A DNA stretch of 15,675 nucleotides from positions 1-15,675 of the forward strand of contig JBHLRQ010000077.1 in assembly GCA_048882385.1 (NCBI GenBank), in the 5' to 3' direction. Position numbers and translations under genes: made by a program. The notes under the pieces are model-generated. The model had not been told where the DNA came from, did no database searches, and worked only from the letters and a program-made list of their open reading frames with translations. Positions 14,630-15,675 of the stretch are shown in pieces. Within the stretch, counting starts at the first letter, position 1, and the number at the start of each line of letters is the position of its first letter. The stretch is from Candidatus Thorarchaeota archaeon. GTDB taxonomy: Archaea > Asgardarchaeota > Thorarchaeia > Thorarchaeales > Thorarchaeaceae.

Positions 14630-15675
14630 GTGGGTAGGGTTACAACATATTTCGGACTCAAAGACGCAAAACCAGAGGTAATAAGACTAGCAAAGATCTA
14701 TACGTCACTCTCAATCTTTATGCAGATTGCATCTGTTATCTCCACAACCTTCTATCTGATTTTTGTTGCTGAAGCTTTAGGGAACAACAACTTCATTGTG
14801 GGTATGACATATGTTGGATTTCTCGTCATTATCGAGATGGCGGTTCAAACTCTGTTTGATTACCCAACAGGCGTGATTGGTGATTGGTTAGGACAGAGAT
14901 TCATTCTAACAACTGCATTCGTAACATATGCTATTGCTTTCTATATGGTATCTTTCGTCACCACTGCAAGTCCATTCCTTCTCTTGGTTCTAATCTATGC
15001 AATGATGGGATTTGCTGGTTCGCAACAAAGTGGGGCAATGGGAAGTTGGTTTGATAATAACTGGCGAGTTTCTATGCCAGAGGATGATGAACGAAAAGAG
15101 TATGGAGTATTCGTAGGAAAGCTTGGAATGTTATATTGGCTTACTAACACGCTCGTACTGATTCCTGGAGGTATATTAGCCACTATCTTTGGAAGACCTT
15201 GGGTGTTTCAGCTTCAAGCTCTGATGTGCCTAGTAATAGCTATCATATCATTAAGATTGGTCCACAACCTCCCTGAAACTGATGAGCTTGATCAAAAACG
15301 GCCAACAATGGATGAGTACTTTTCATTACTCAGAGAAGGGATACAATATCTCTTTAGTAGTGAATATGTGAAGTTCCTTCTCATCGGAACAATGTTGGTA
15401 AATAGTTGCATTACAGTATGGGCAAATCTAATTCTCTTTCCTATGTACTATAGCTATCTCGTCACAGATGTTGCAGTGGCAAGTTTTAGAACAATTGTCA
15501 TGATCCCAATTGTTTTCTATGCAGAACGGTCAGGAGTATGGGCAAGAAAATACGAGCCCAGAAAATGGATACCGCGTTTTCGTTTTCTCCAGTCTGCCGG
15601 AGCTGTCTTCTTCTGGATGTTTGCATTAATCATGTTCATCTTTCCAGTTCCTCCACCGGGTTCTCCCATGGTCGA
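14630..15675 (+). CDS. MFS transporter (3' end runs off the right edge of the window)
   Basis: Manual translation from GTG 14630: MGRVTTYFGLKDAKPEV...FDYPTGVIGDWLGQR (motif A)...SQQSGAMGSWFDNN... The frame is open to the window end with many TM segments. Confidence 0.92.
   Translation, partial: MGRVTTYFGLKDAKPEVIRLAKIYTSLSIFMQIASVISTTFYLIFVAEALGNNNFIVGMTYVGFLVIIEMAVQTLFDYPTGVIGDWLGQRFILTTAFVTYAIAFYMVSFVTTASPFLLLVLIYAMMGFAGSQQSGAMGSWFDNNWRVSMPEDDERKEYGVFVGKLGMLYWLTNTLVLIPGGILATIFGRPWVFQLQALMCLVIAIISLRLVHNLPETDELDQKRPTMDEYFSLLREGIQYLFSSEYVKFLLIGTMLVNSCITVWANLILFPMYYSYLVTDVAVASFRTIVMIPIVFYAERSGVWARKYEPRKWIPRFRFLQSAGAVFFWMFALIMFIFPVPPPGSPMV

Noticed and set aside
12644-15183. Several short minus-strand ORFs
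   Set aside because: Antisense shadows of the GH3 and MFS genes.

Overview
A 15.7-kb gene-dense archaeal-looking chromosomal window. Archaeal TATA/BRE-like promoters, TTG/GTG starts, an archaeal SSB/RPA-type OB fold and the style of the wHTH and MFS proteins suggest an Asgard archaeon such as a Thorarchaeote; that assignment is inference only. Gene order: partial MFS transporter (-), CorA-topology protein lacking GMN (-), ICMT/PEMT-type membrane methyltransferase (+), 68-aa hypothetical (-), membrane-anchored FAM173-like SAM methyltransferase (-), GNAT acetyltransferase fused to an SSB-like OB fold (+), aldo/keto reductase (-), acetoacetate decarboxylase-family protein (+), wHTH regulator (-), twin-domain retropepsin-like aspartic protease (-), 694-aa exported protein with a C-terminal His-Cys (clan CD/DUF6345-like) domain (-), a decayed intergenic stretch, an ~8-TM membrane protein (+), GH3 glycosidase (+) and a second partial MFS (+). 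I saw no mobile element, CRISPR array or RNA gene. The most notable signals are: (i) three copies of an 18-bp palindromic operator (TATCTCAY-NN-RTGAGAYA) at the protease and regulator promoters, suggesting an autoregulated protease module; (ii) a polyprotein-like surface protein with an internal TM-KRR-signal peptide junction that could shed a caspase-fold protease domain; (iii) the GNAT-SSB fusion.
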